Part shown: piece by piece, positions 35,604-48,283 of the stretch
Numbering within the stretch: position 1 is the stretch's first letter
Layout of the letters: every line of letters starts with the position of its first letter
Origin: Octopus bimaculoides
Lineage: Eukaryota
DNA length: 64,000 nt
Direction: 5' to 3'
Assembly: GCF_001194135.2 (NCBI RefSeq)
Contig: NC_068992.1
Location: forward strand, 58,203,911-58,267,910
Notes under the pieces: generated by a model
The model's input: the letters and a program-made list of their open reading frames with translations, nothing else
Told to the model about the DNA's origin: nothing
Database searches by the model: none
Program-made: the position numbers and the translations under genes

Positions 35604-37634
35604 ATGATGTCATCTACCCTGGTGGAGACTGTTTCAATCAACTATGAAGACTTCAACGATAGTTTTCTGACATGTGGAACATGTCTCTGCATTTACGACA
35701 GCGCCGAGCATTCTCCTAAGCTGCTGCCTTGCTCGCACACAGTATGCAAGAGTTGCTTGGTGAGCATTGTTGAAGCCCAAGTCCACGACACCGGAACATT
35801 TCGTTGTCCAATCTGCCGAGAAACCATCAACATCCCACGAGGTGGGGTGACTTCTTTTCCACCCAGTTTTATCGTCAACCAACTTTTGGATCTAATGTCT
35901 CAGCAGCGCCGAGATGTCATCCCAAAATGTTCCAATCATCCCTCCCAAGAGTTGTTATTTTGTGAAACCTGTGATACGGTATTTTGCACTCTATGCACTG
36001 GAGGTGAGCATTACGGCAAGGGGGCCAGTGAACACACTGTGATACCTTTTTCTATAGCAATAAAACGTATGTCAGAAATTCTCTTGTACAAGGCCCAGTT
36101 GTGCATTGGGAATCTGACAACGGCTTATGATAATGTGTCTGGTGAAATGCTCCGCCTTGAAAATAGTGTTGAAAGAGCCATAGAGACTATTAATCGTACT
36201 TTCCAGGATCTTATTAATCTAATTGACAAAAGACGGCATGAAGTTCTCCAAAAAGTTCGCAAGATCCGAGAACATAAAAAGGGAGATCTCAAGGAACAAT
36301 TAGATTTGATTCAGGCAGAGAAAGAAAAAGTTCAAAATGAATGTGATGGATTACAGTACCAAGTTGAAGTTCGGAACATCACAAAAAAGATTGGAGATTT
36401 AAATGAGAAACTCGACGCTACCAGTACCTTAGGGGAGCCACGTGAAAACCACTTCATTAAATGTGAATTCAAACATAACACTGCATACAAGGACATATCG
36501 AATGCGCTTGCTAATTTTGGTTGCATTAAAGTAAGCACCACATTTCCTGCACTCTCCACTGCAAAAATTAACAAAGCCATTACCCATTTGCGCTCAACCA
36601 TTACAGTTGTTACTGTTGATTACCATGGTAACCCCCGAACTACAGGCTGCGATCCAGTTGTTACGGAACTGCGTTCAGCTTCTGGTCAATTAATTGACAC
36701 AAAAATCCGTGACAAAGATGATGGGACCTATGAAATAAGTTTTGTGCCGCCCAAAGCTGGTAAGCTGAAGTTGTGTATCAGCATCTTTGATCGGCCCATC
36801 AAAGACAGTCCATATGTAATAGATGTCTGTGACCATAACAACCCAATTTGGAAATACGGAAGTCGGGGGACAGGCCTAGACAATTTCATACAACCGGTGC
36901 GTGTAGTAACAGACAAAGAAGGTTCCATTTTTATCTCAGATACCGGTAATAGTCGCATCAAAGTTTTAAACAGCAATGGGGTGTTGGAACGTCACATAAA
37001 CTCTGAGGCACTTGAGAGACAAAGTGGTATTGGAGTGTGTGTCAGCCCAACCGGGAACCTCATTACTGTGAACTGGCGCACAAAAATGGTGTACACATTA
37101 AGCAACGAGGGAGAATTGCTCTCGAAATTTACATCGAGTCATTTCCAGGAACCAATTGATGTGGCTGTAAATAGCAAAGGCGACATTATCATTGGTGATA
37201 TGGGAGCAGCCAAAGTGTTGATATTTGATGCTGAAGGCAATCTCCTTCAACAATTCGGTAAAAAGGGAAGCAAAGAAGGAGAGTTTAAGTTATTAACGTC
37301 GGTGTGTGTCGGTTGTAATGATCAGATCCTCGTTTCAGACCATCGGATACAAATCTTTGACAAAAACGGCAAGTTTCTGCGCCAGGTCAGCAACACTGGC
37401 AAAGGACAATACGAAGGTATAACTGTCGACCCAAATGGCCTAATCCTTGCTACAAAAACTGACAGAGGTAAAGGTGTTGTGCAGATCTTCAGTTCCAATG
37501 GAAATTTCCAGTTTGCAATTGACAGTTTTGACGACAAGTTGATGCGACCCAGTGGTCTGATCACCACTCAAGAACAGTACGTCTATGTGGTTGATTTGGG
37601 AAACAACTGTCTCAAAAAGTTCCGATACAAGTGA
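35604..37634 (+). CDS. TRIM2/3-like: TRIM-NHL E3 ubiquitin ligase (RING, one B-box, coiled coil, filamin repeat, NHL repeats), 676 aa, single coding exon
   Basis: Open frame of 2031 nt. RING: CGTC..LLPCSHTVCKSC..CPIC. B-box2: CSNH..FCETCDTVFCTLC..H..H. Coiled coil follows, then filamin repeat (TVVTVDYHGNPRTTG..DKDDGTYEISFVP..LKLCISIFDRPIKDSPY) and NHL repeats (P.RV...DTGNSRIKV, P.DVAVNSKGDIIIGD, PSGL). The ORF-track TTG start lies in the polypyrimidine tract; first ATG is 35604, just after the CAG acceptor at 35599-35601. Confidence 0.95.
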   Translation: MMSSTLVETVSINYEDFNDSFLTCGTCLCIYDSAEHSPKLLPCSHTVCKSCLVSIVEAQVHDTGTFRCPICRETINIPRGGVTSFPPSFIVNQLLDLMSQQRRDVIPKCSNHPSQELLFCETCDTVFCTLCTGGEHYGKGASEHTVIPFSIAIKRMSEILLYKAQLCIGNLTTAYDNVSGEMLRLENSVERAIETINRTFQDLINLIDKRRHEVLQKVRKIREHKKGDLKEQLDLIQAEKEKVQNECDGLQYQVEVRNITKKIGDLNEKLDATSTLGEPRENHFIKCEFKHNTAYKDISNALANFGCIKVSTTFPALSTAKINKAITHLRSTITVVTVDYHGNPRTTGCDPVVTELRSASGQLIDTKIRDKDDGTYEISFVPPKAGKLKLCISIFDRPIKDSPYVIDVCDHNNPIWKYGSRGTGLDNFIQPVRVVTDKEGSIFISDTGNSRIKVLNSNGVLERHINSEALERQSGIGVCVSPTGNLITVNWRTKMVYTLSNEGELLSKFTSSHFQEPIDVAVNSKGDIIIGDMGAAKVLIFDAEGNLLQQFGKKGSKEGEFKLLTSVCVGCNDQILVSDHRIQIFDKNGKFLRQVSNTGKGQYEGITVDPNGLILATKTDRGKGVVQIFSSNGNFQFAIDSFDDKLMRPSGLITTQEQYVYVVDLGNNCLKKFRYK

Positions 37635-37703
37635 AGGTCAGTAGCGCTATTTATTTATTTTTTTTTTTTTTTTNNNNNNNNNNTTTTTTTTTTTTTTTTT
37701 AAT

Positions 37704-37940
37704 TAAGGCGGTGAGCTGGCAGACTCATTTGTAGACTGGGCAAAATACTTAGCACCATTTTCTCCATCTCTACGTTCTTGAGCTCAATTTCCACTGAGGT
37801 CAAATTTACTTTTCACCCTTTCAGGGTCGATAAAATAAGTACCAGCTGAACACTGGTCAGTGTAATTGACCAGCCATCGACCAGTCCCCTCCCCTCTCTT
37901 GAAATTGCTGGTCTTGTGCCAAAATTAGAAATCATTATTT
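37704..37940 (+). mobile_element. Family B SINE in the presumptive TRIM-NHL 3' UTR
   Basis: aaggcggtgagctggcaga..gggtcgataaaataagtaccag..cttgtgccaaaattagaaatcattatt. Other copies at 424-590, 1250-1770, 16697-16925, 18640-18858, 22226-22445, 31955-32125, 39440-39655, 48948-49325 and 54222-54705. Confidence 0.8.
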
Positions 37941-38086
37941 TTTACCAAGTTATTTTGTAATTTTTAGATTTTTCATTTTAGCAATGTCTTAACTGTGATA
38001 TCAATATTTTGCCAATTGTGATTGTTGCTTCTTATTTTAAAGTCATAACTCTAAAGACATTGGGTCATAAGTGTTAGATGTGGATA

Positions 38087-38092
38087 AATAAA
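38087..38092 (+). promoter_or_regulatory. Candidate polyadenylation signal of the TRIM-NHL gene
   Basis: AATAAA about 450 nt after the stop, followed by a T/GT-rich tract; not unique evidence in AT-rich DNA. Confidence 0.35.
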
Positions 38093-38143
38093 GAAATTAA
38101 GATATTTTCAATTTTATTTTCTGTGTCTATCATCTGCATATCA

Positions 38144-38512
38144 TAGGCATGGCTATATGGTCAGAAGTTTCTTTCCCGACCACATGGTTCCGGGTTCAGT
38201 CCCACTGCATTGTACCTTGGGCAAATGGCTTCTGCTATGACTTTGGACTGACCAAAGCCTTGTGAGTGGATTTGGCAGATGGAAACTGAAAGAAGCCCAT
38301 CATATGTGTGTGTGTGTGTGTTTGTTCCTCATCACCACTTGACAGTCTGTGTTGGTATGTTTATGTCTCTATAACTTAGTGGTTTAGCAAAGGAAACTGA
38401 TAGAATAAGTACTGAGCTTAAAAGAAATTAATACTGGTGGGGTTGATTTGTTCTTCTAAAATTCAAGTTGATGCCCCAACATGGCCACAGTCTAATGACT
38501 GAAATAAGTAAG
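38144..38512 (+). mobile_element. Family A+D SINE, full length
   Basis: Head, (TG)n and D tail. Confidence 0.85.
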
Positions 38513-38921
38513 GGGTACAGAAAAGGATCAAAACTTTGTGCATTCTGTTATCCTGAAGAAATGACTTACATGCAAGCAGTCTTTTAACAGCAGTGATCAA
38601 CCTTTCAGCAACAATTTTTTTGGTTGTGTACTTAATTTTGTTAAATTTGCAGCAAGGATGAGGAATGTGGTTGGGGGAGGTAAGTATTGAGAAATGTTGG
38701 TAAAAGAAAAGGTCAACAGTTAAAGACGTCTGAGAAACCCTGTCTTAGTCCTTTTAATACCAGCTCACCTAAGATTGTCCCTGGTTTTATGATACAAACT
38801 TGCTGTTTTTAAAATGATGTTTTAAAATCTTCCATCAAAATTTCATGCCAATTAATGTTCCAAACTCCAGCTTGAATAATGACAGTTATTTTATCAGATT
38901 TTGTATCAATTGAAACAACGA

Positions 38922-39310
38922 TACTCTTTTACTTGTTTCAATCATTTGACTGTGGCAATGCTGGAGCACCGCCTTTAGTTGAACAAATCAACCCCAGGAC
39001 TTATTCTTTGTAAGCCTAGTACTTATTCTATCAGTCTCTTTTGCCAAACTGCTCAGTGACGGGGACATAAACACACCAGCATCGGTTGTCAAGCAATGCT
39101 AGGGGAACAAACACAGGCACACAAACATACACACATGCATATATATACAACGGGCTTCTTTCAGTTTCCGTCTACCAAATCCACTCACAAGGCTTTGGTC
39201 AGCCTGAGGCTATAGTAGAAGACACTTGCCCAAGATGCCACGCAGTGGGACTGAACCCAGAACCATGTAGTTGGTAAGCAAGCTACTTACCACACAACCA
39301 CTTCTACGCC
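38922..39310 (-). mobile_element. Family A+D SINE, full length
   Basis: Closely similar to 6641-7087. Confidence 0.85.
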
Positions 39311-39744
39311 TTAATAGTGTATTTTCAACAGAAATAGGGCAGGTAAAAGGTTTAAAAATCATCTCTGGCTAATCATTGAGAGGATGTTGGTGTTGCCTTG
39401 GCAGAGGTTTGCGCTCTCTGAGTGCTCTTGTTATTGTTAGTAAGGTGTTGAGCTGGTTGAATTGTTATCAAGTTGCACAAAATGCTTAGTAGCACTTCTT
39501 CAATCTTTATGTTCTGAGTTCATATTCTGCTAAGGTGGACTTAGCTTTTCATCCTTTCAGGGTCACTGCAATAAATTGCATTACATACTGAGGTCAATGT
39601 AATAGACTAGCCCCCAATTTCAAGCCAAGTTCCTATAGTAGAAAGAATTATTATTGTTATTAAGGCGCTTGAGCATTGCTGTTTCATGGTATTATGTCAA
39701 ACAGCTGCTGTCACATGTAGGACATGTATCCCTATCAGCCAACT

Positions 39745-40150
39745 CCAATTCTGAAGATCACCCCAATGCCTTCTTTTGGTTGGTAAGAACAGGCAGTTTT
39801 CCTCTGTCTGGTGTCTATGGCGAAAGAGGTTTTTTGTGGTAGACAAGACTGAAAGGATTGAAGATAGACATTTTCCTCTTCAGCCAAGTTCTTATTGACA
39901 TTTTAAAGAAGTAGAGGTTGAGAAGGATGTGGTGCCATCCAGTAAATATTTTGAAAAGTGGATGAATGTGGCAAAGATGGTCTGAGTGAGTGGGCCTACT
40001 TTAAGCTGGTATCTATAGGCCAAGGAGTAAGGAGGAGAGAAATGCATTTGCTTATGGTACTCCTGGTGAGTAGGGTGACTCAGGATCTATGGGATTCTTT
40101 GGTTGTCCATTTTCACCAGTATTGGGAATTTTTGAAGATTTTTTTGCAAA
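39745..40150 (+). mobile_element. Possible L1/Tx1-type LINE 3' remnant
   Basis: Broken reading KKVEVEKDVVPSSKYFEKWMNVAKMV resembles L1/Tx1 ORF2 ends; weak, by eye only. Confidence 0.3.
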
Positions 40151-40348
40151 TTATTATTTTACTGTTAACGTTTCTATGTAAATCACCATTATCATTTGTA
40201 TTGATCTAAATATTTTTGCTGGCCTTGAGGACAATAAAGAAATTATTATTATTATTATTATTGCTATTATTATTATTATTATTATTGTTATTAATGTTAT
40301 TATTGCTATTATTATTATTATTGTTATTATTATTGATATTATTATTAT

Positions 40349-41320
40349 TAAGGTTATGAACCAGCAGAACTGTTAGCACGCTGGGCTAAATGCTTTATGG
40401 CATTTTGTCTGTCTTTATGTTCTGAGTCCAAATTCTGCTGAGGTCGACTGTGCCTTTCATCCTTTCGGGGTTGATAAATTAAGTACCAGTGAAACACTGG
40501 GGTTGAGGTAATCAACTAGTCCCCCCCCCCCACAAACTTTCAGGCCTTGTGCCTTTAGTAGAAATTATTATTATTATTATTATTACTACTATTATTACTA
40601 CTATTATTAAGGCCATGAGCTGGCAGAACTGTTAGCATGCTGGGCCAAATGCTTTGTGGCATTTCGTCTGTCTTTATGTTCTGAGTTCAAATTCCACTGA
40701 GGTCGACTTTGCCTTTCATCCTTTTGGGGTTGATAAAACAAGTACCAGTTGATGACTGCGGTCAATGTAATTGACTTACACCCTCTTCTGAACTTGCTGA
40801 AATCATCATCATCATCATTATTATTATTATTATTATTATCATTATTATTATTATTATTGGCTGTTGCCAGTACCGCTTGACTGGCCTTTGTGCTGGTGGC
40901 ACGTAAAAACACCCACTATACTCTCTGAGTGGTTGGCGTTAGGAAGGGCATCCAGCTGTAGAAACTCTGCCAAATCAGATTGGAGCCTGGTGTAGCCATC
41001 TGGTTTCACCAGTCCTCAGTCAAATCATCCAACCCATGCTAGCATGGAAAGCGGACGTTAAACGATGATGATGATTATTATTATTATTATTATGTAGGCT
41101 GCAAGAAAGCAGAGCCATTACCATGCCAGACAGAATGCTTAGTGGCATTTCTTTCAGCCTTACATTCCAAGTTGAAATGCAGCCAAGGTTGACTTAGCCT
41201 TTCATCCTACCAGGGTCGATAAACTAAGTATCAGTCAAGCATTGGGGTCGATGGAATTGACTAGTTTCTCCCCTACCCCAAATTTTGGGGCCTTGAGACT
41301 ATAGTAGAAAGGTTTGTCAT
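40349..41320 (+). mobile_element. Chain of family B SINEs (40349-40565, 40608-40805, 41094-41320) with a family C copy between
   Basis: Each copy starts within the (ATT)n tail of the previous element. Confidence 0.8.
40860..41075 (+). mobile_element. Family C 3' end, young copy
   Basis: One gccagt-N8-actggc unit, the core and a (GAT)n tail. Confidence 0.8.
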
Positions 41321-42958
41321 CATTGTTATAATGTTGTCAGATAATATCATTTGAAATGTTTTAATCTTTTTTTCTTTTTCTCTCTCTCTCTTTCTTTCTG
41401 GCAGGAATTTACCTGTCAACTTGATAGACCAGTGAAGTTTCTGTTAGGACCATGTTCATCGCTATCACACCACCACCACCACCACCAGTAGCCAGTCAAA
41501 TGGTATTACACCAAATTAACACCTCTCAGCTTTTTTAGCTGTTGGACCCTCTTCCATCCAAGCTAGACATCTTTTTTTTTTTTTTTTTTTTACACTCCAG
41601 TCAAAGTATATTATGGGAGGCAGAGCACTTCTGATCTCATTGCTGATCGTCCCCCCTTCCCTTCTTTCCCCCACTACCACCCCCCTTTTTTTTATGTTTG
41701 TGTGTGGTTTTGTATTGGCAGAGCCAGTTCACCACCACTTCCTCCTCCACCACCACTACCATATACATAATCTAATCTAATCTAACATATAAAAACATTT
41801 NNNNNNNNNNNNNNNNNNNNNNNNNNNNNNNNNNNNNNNNNNNNNNNNNNNNNNNNNNNNNNNNNNNNNNNNNNNNNNNNNNNNNNNNNNNNNNNNNNNN
41901 NNNNNNNNNNNNNNNNNNNNNNNNNNNNNNNNNNNNNNNNNNNNNNNNNNNNNNNNNNNNNNNNNNNNNNNNNNNNNNNNNNNNNNGTTGAATACAAAAA
42001 TTTAAGAAAAAATAAATAAATAAAAGGAAGATGAAAAAAATTAAACGCAACAGTAAAGGAAATTCAACCCTTTTTTATCAAGGGCCACAACAACAACAGT
42101 ATCGACAAATATAGTAACAAGCTTGATGTTGATAATTGTTATAAATATGATGATGATGATGATGATGTCAGTGATAGCTGTAATGATGATGATGATGATG
42201 ACGATGATGAAGTGCGTTATGACATCTACAACAGCAGCAACAAGTGCAACATTGATAACAACTGTTATGATAAGGATGATGATAATGTTGATGATGATGA
42301 TGGTCACGGATACCAGCAGCAGCAACAACAACAACACAGTATCTATGGTATTGTCCACAAGAACTGCAAGGATGAAGAACACTGATTTTGTTACAATTGC
42401 TGTATCTGTTTTTATCAGCTTAGAGAATTCTTCTTTTCTTGTGTTCCTATAATTCCTTAATCATCCTCCTCTTTATTCACACCTTGAATACAAAAGGAGG
42501 AGAAAAAGAAGATGAAGCTACTGAAGAAATATTGTTGAAGAAAATACCTTTCCCCCCACCCCCACCCCTAAAAGAATTGAAAGTATTTAGTTTGGGAATG
42601 GTCTGTATATAACAAAATTAATGAATAAATAATAATGATAATAATAACGATAAAAAAAAAACTAACCAACCAACCAACAAACAAAAGAAAATATAACAAT
42701 AAAAAAAAATAGAAAAAAGAAAAAGAAAACGTATAAGAATTAGGTGCATTGTGTTGATTGCAATCATCTTTAATGTTTCTTAGAGTTTTTGAAAATATTC
42801 CATTGCTTTCTTTGGAGAAGGATTGATTCACTTAAACACAGCAGAGGAAGATTCTAAGCAGTCGAAAGAAGGAACGAAAAGCGGAAGCTATGTATGTATG
42901 TGTGTGGTGTGTGCGTGTGTGCACACGTATGTGTGTGTGTTTTGTTTGTGTGCGTGTG

Positions 42959-42990
<32 letters not shown>

Positions 42991-43090
42991 TACATTTGCA
43001 TATATATATATATTTATATATAGTGTGTGTGTGTGTGTAATAAATATATAAATACACATTCATTTATACATATGCTTTTGTGTGTGTGTG

Positions 43091-43136
<46 letters not shown>

Positions 43137-43300
43137 TACATACATATACACACATACACACACATCACATACACATGTGCAGGCACATACACATACATGT
43201 AATCATTTCTAAATTCTGTTCTGTTATTGGACACAGTTTTATCAGCTTATAAATTGTTAAATTTCTGTTTGTTAATTTGTTGAGAAGAAAGAACGTAAAG

Positions 43301-43335
<35 letters not shown>

Positions 43336-43749
43336 AGCATTGTTGTGAGTTCACACTGACATAGATTTAAACATTTTTCCTTAATTTAAAAGAAAAACCA
43401 AAAAAAAAACACAAAAACTCTTTATTTTTTAAACTCTGAATTTTATTATAATTATTATTATTATTATTATAATTATTATTATTATTTTTTACTTCTCCAA
43501 TCAAATTTTACAATTGTTTTCTATGGACAAAAATGAAAGGAAAGACAGAAGGAAGTAAAGTAATTCAGATGTCTTGTAGAAACCTCTGCAGTTGAATAAA
43601 TGATACATTTACAGTGTATGTGTTCAGATTTCCAATGTTGTCTGACGTTGTTGTAAGGAGGAGAAATATTCTCAAAGCAAATATATTAACATTGATCGTT
43701 TTTTGATTTACTGATGGAGTAGGGCTTTTTTTATTGCCAAGAAGGCTTG

Positions 43750-44395
43750 GCATCATAGTTAAGAATTTTGCTTCGCAACCACAGGATTTTGGATTCTGAC
43801 TGTGTGGTACTATGGGTAAGTGTCTTCTAATGTGGCCCCTGGGTCAACCAAAGCCTTGTGAGTGGATTTATTAGATGGAAGCTGATAGAAGACCATTGTG
43901 TGTATTTGTATGTACCCTTCTCTAGACAAGACCTGATGGTTGTAAATGGACATCATCATTATCATCCTCATCATAAAGTGGGGCTCATTTCCAGTTTTCT
44001 GTGAAGAACTTGTCTGGCCATGGGAAACATTACCTTAGTTGGAAACAGTTGAGGATTGGCAACAGAATGGATTTCCATCTCTGGAAAACTTGCCTCTACA
44101 AATCATTTAATGGAAAAGTTGGTGTTAAATGATATATGTATATATATATATGAATGTGTGTTTCTGTCTCCTTGTCGAGATAAGACACCACATGATAGCT
44201 GTAAATAAGTGTCACTGTCACACAAGTATTGTTGTTCATTTCCAATATTCTACGAAAATGTGTCTGGGCATGGGGAGATATTTCCTTGTATGGAGACAGG
44301 TAAGAGCTGGTAATGGGAAGGGCATCTGGCTGTAGAAAATTTGCTCCAATAAACCCCTTCTGACCCATGCAAACATGGAAAAATGGACATTAAGA
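43750..44395 (+). mobile_element. Composite SINE (A head plus C-type tail) followed by a second tail copy
   Basis: Head 43750-43890, tail 1 to 44130, tail 2 at 44158-44392. Solo tails also at 12928-13168, 14530-14772 and 54868-55065 (-). Confidence 0.6.
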
Positions 44396-47300
44396 AAAAG
44401 GGAATGGCGATGGAAAGCAATGAATTGGCAGAGTCACTAGAATGTTGGATAGAAATGCCTTGCAGTATTTATTCAAACTTCCTGCATTCTAAGTTCAAAT
44501 CCTTTCAGAGTTGATTAAGTTCCAAACTTGTGTATTAGATTGGAAGATCTTTAAGTGGGTTGGATAAGATGCCTTGCAGAATGTTCTCGTTCTTTGTGGT
44601 CTGACAGTTATACTTGGGATGACAATGACACCAAGTTGCATTGGCCCAAGTCAGTGGCCGGTTTCTTTGATAGAAGTCAGAGGTATGGAAAGAGGAGAAT
44701 TTCATGTGTGGCCCACTGTCAATTATCATAATAAAATCTTACCCAGTGCTGTGCATACATGTGCAGTTGCATGATCAACATTGACCCAAAGAGAACCCTC
44801 TATAGAAAAGGGCTGGGTTTTTTTTTTATTTAACATTTTTTTACTTGTAGTTTACAGGTTAAGTATTTTGAGATCTACACTGATTTAACATATTTGAGTC
44901 ATCCTAAAAAAATGTTTAATTCTCCTCTATTTTATTTTTTTTTTTTTTTTTGAATGCCAGTATATCATGAGAGCTGGTTTGGAGAAAGTGCTCTGGTGAT
45001 GAAAATATTACAAATTACAACATGGGAAAGTTGCAAAACTGTTTTCAACATCTACCAGCATCTAGAAATGATTATACTTACTTAAACGTTTCACTTCTTG
45101 GAGTGCAAGCCACCAATGACTTTTCCATACTGTCCTCAACTCTGTGCTACTTTTTCAGGTTTGCCTCAAGCATATGTTTCCTTGAAGGAAGGCCTTGTTG
45201 GTTTTGAATTGACATTGACACTTTGGTAACTTTGCTTTTTATTAGGTAGGGGTGTTGGCCTTATGCAAACCCATTTATATCTTGGGGAAGTGGTGGTCCA
45301 TATTAATCTGGTGTCTTTCTTTTGACCACGTCCAGCATGGGTGGCTCTATCAGAAGCTTGTGCTCTGCTAACTTAGCTCTCAGAGTCATTGTGATACACA
45401 AGCCACCACACTGCATCAGGGACTGGGACTTGTGATAGAGAAATGAATGTATGACATGTGGACTCTTTCTGTCTTTTCCTCACTCTCTTTCTCCAAAAAA
45501 AACATCCACACACACACGCAGTGGGCATGCATACAAGAAAACTAGTTAACTCACAATACCTTAGTGTAGTGGAATCTATAAGTCTAGATTGAGGTCCATC
45601 AGTTAGACCTAGCTTAAGGTGGGACTTGTCTACAGCAGTCATTATACATCCTACTTCATAGCTGGAATAATTTTGAACACAAGTCTGCTTAATCAAGGTC
45701 GACCAGGGACTAAACAGCAAGAACAAGAACTGCTACTTTCAGGATAAGATGATCATTCACAGTTGCTTGGATGTTGGAGATTTGGCATGGTTGACTGGAC
45801 ATTAAACCTGTTATGGTAACAGTACTTTTTTGGCACTGAAGGCAAACACTCAAGCATCAGCATGCAGAAAAATACTCAAACAGAGAGAGAGAGAGAGAGG
45901 ACATTACAATATATCAACTGAACATAACTGGCATAAAACTTTTCCCTCTCCTCACATACATGGAGAGAGCAAGAGAGTGGGGATGAGATTGTGAGAAGCA
46001 TTAAAACGTTTGTTGTCAAATAAGTCTGTCAAATCCAAGATGTCTCAAATTCTACTGCAATATCAAGCCAGAAATGTGAATCAGACTATGGATTCTTCTT
46101 CTTCTTCCTTTGACTTTGGATATAAATATTAATGACTAAGAAGTTACAGGATCTAAAATATTGAATATATTGTCATGAGTTCAAACCTTGTTACATCCAT
46201 TATGCTGAATCCTGAAATTTTAGGGGTTTTTCTTTTCTTTTTTTTTTCCCCTTTTAAACAAACAATGCAGTTTTCAGCAATATATTTTTTTTAAAGTTTT
46301 CACTGATTTCAAAGTGTCATAATTATTTATTTTCACTGGAAAATGTTTCTACGATAGAATTTTCTGCAAACCAGTCTTGCAAAGGGCAGATGCTGATTGA
46401 GAAATATCATGGCTGTCACTTGCAAGCAAGTTTGACTTGGTAACATGTACCATGATTTCACTTATTGTTTTAAATGCCTGTGTATTTGCGAGCAGACACA
46501 AATCGTTTTGGTTCTCTCACCCTTGACCCAGTGGAATATCAAGGCTGGAAGGAGAGACAACTGTACTAGCATTTGACTGTATTTATTTTCAGCTGAGTAG
46601 ACTGAAGCAACATAAAATGAAGTACCTCGCTCAAGGATGTGGTGCATTTCCTAGTTCAGGAATTGATCATGAACCCAACACTAGGCTACTTGCCTTTCTA
46701 CCTTGAAGTAAACACAAATATAAAAAGAAAAAATATATAAAATGAGAAACAAGACATCTGAAAGTTAAACAAAAAAAATACAATGATAAAAACGATTTTT
46801 TTCATATAATCACCCCATCTTAACAGCTCTTGCCATAAATAAACAGAATTATTTTCACACCATTCTACAGTTAAAATCTTTTTTTTATTTATAGTTTCAG
46901 CTTAAAGCTGATGCAGCGCCGTGTTACTACACTGTTATTACAGGGAGCCTCTTACAATAGGTGGCACTTGGTGAAGAATGGAGTTTGATTTAGCAACCTT
47001 CATTTGCACCTCCTGCCACGAGGTAGGGTCATCTGGGACTCTCAACAGGAAGAAGTTCAGCTTTGATTTAAAAGCCCCTACATCTACTTTGTGCAGGTTC
47101 TTCAGGCTCTTTGGGAGAATATTAAAAAGCTGTGGGCCCTTTCTTTAAAAAAAAAAAAACACACACACATCCTGTTGCAGAAAATTGAGTTGTCTGACTT
47201 GCTGCTTTCTGCTACATTATCTAAGTGTATGTGTGTGTGTCTGGGATGGTGGTGGTGGCTTATATGATTTCTCCAGCTAGACGTTAAGCCTATAAGGCTT

Positions 47301-48065
47301 TGAGAAGGAGGTAAAATGAAAACTGTTGTTTCTGTTTTGCTTTAAGAGCAAGGAAATGGCTACTCTAATCAAAGAGCCAAAACCAGGTCATCAACCTAGA
47401 TCATCAAGGACTCAAGGACTTCTGCTTTCTTTTTTCTTCAGTATCCATCTTTTAAAATAATGTATGAGATACAATTCGAGGTCATTTAAAATATCTCTCC
47501 ATCTTGTGTTTCCTTAATTCCAGCAATCTGTTCCCATCAAACAATTACAGCAACAACTACAACAACAAAAAATGCTTTTGCATTATTCGATAAGCATTGC
47601 TTTTATTAGCATCAGTAGCAGCAGCACGGCTACTTCAAGAATGGTGTATATTTGTTTACTGTGAGATGAAGTAAATACTGATGTTTTTGAATAGTATCTG
47701 CAAACTCTAGAATTTCCAGCATCATCTGAGATAAGTGGATGGTCAAAGGGTTTGGTTAAATTGGTGAAACCTCTTTTGGTAAAATATCAAATCATTTCAA
47801 AACAGCAGACATTAGTTGAAAGTTTACAACAATCTACTAATACAATCTTAGTGATCTCTTCATAAATTATAGTGTCCAAATAGTATATGGTGAATAATTT
47901 TCCTCCAAGTTGTATGTAGTAGCAGCTCAGTCTCTAGTAAACCATTTCTTTAGTTTCCATAATTTCATAAATTAAAAGGTATTTGATGGCATTAAAGACG
48001 TGGGCATGTCAAATGCACTCTAATTTTAGCAGTACGTGTTCAAGAGGGGAAAAAGTTTCTAATAC

Positions 48066-48283
48066 ACCAACTATTAAGCATTTAAACTGGACATATCCAT
48101 TTCAAATACTCTACCAGTTTTATGTTAAAACTGGTTAGATCCAGCTTCTCACATCTACACTACAAGATCATTCCAAAATTAAGCAATTGTGTCGTTGAAA
48201 TCTTGAAGCTACAAGATAAGGCATGATTAATTCAATACAATAAAAATGTATATTTGACATTAATCTGAATGCTAAAAGGTTAA
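48066..48283. mobile_element. piggyBac-like MITE, second copy
   Basis: Reverse complement of 30132-30362; ends gctaaaaggTTAA. Confidence 0.65.

Noticed and set aside
35634-37567. Antisense ORFs within TRIM-NHL
   Set aside because: Short shadow frames of the real CDS.
37635-37700. Retrocopy poly(A) tail after TRIM-NHL
   Set aside because: The homopolymer is poly(T) on the sense strand and includes a gap; not evidence of retroposition.
41405-41500. Candidate exon after a strong-looking acceptor
   Set aside because: The pyrimidine tract is a CT microsatellite, and all frames stop before a good donor.
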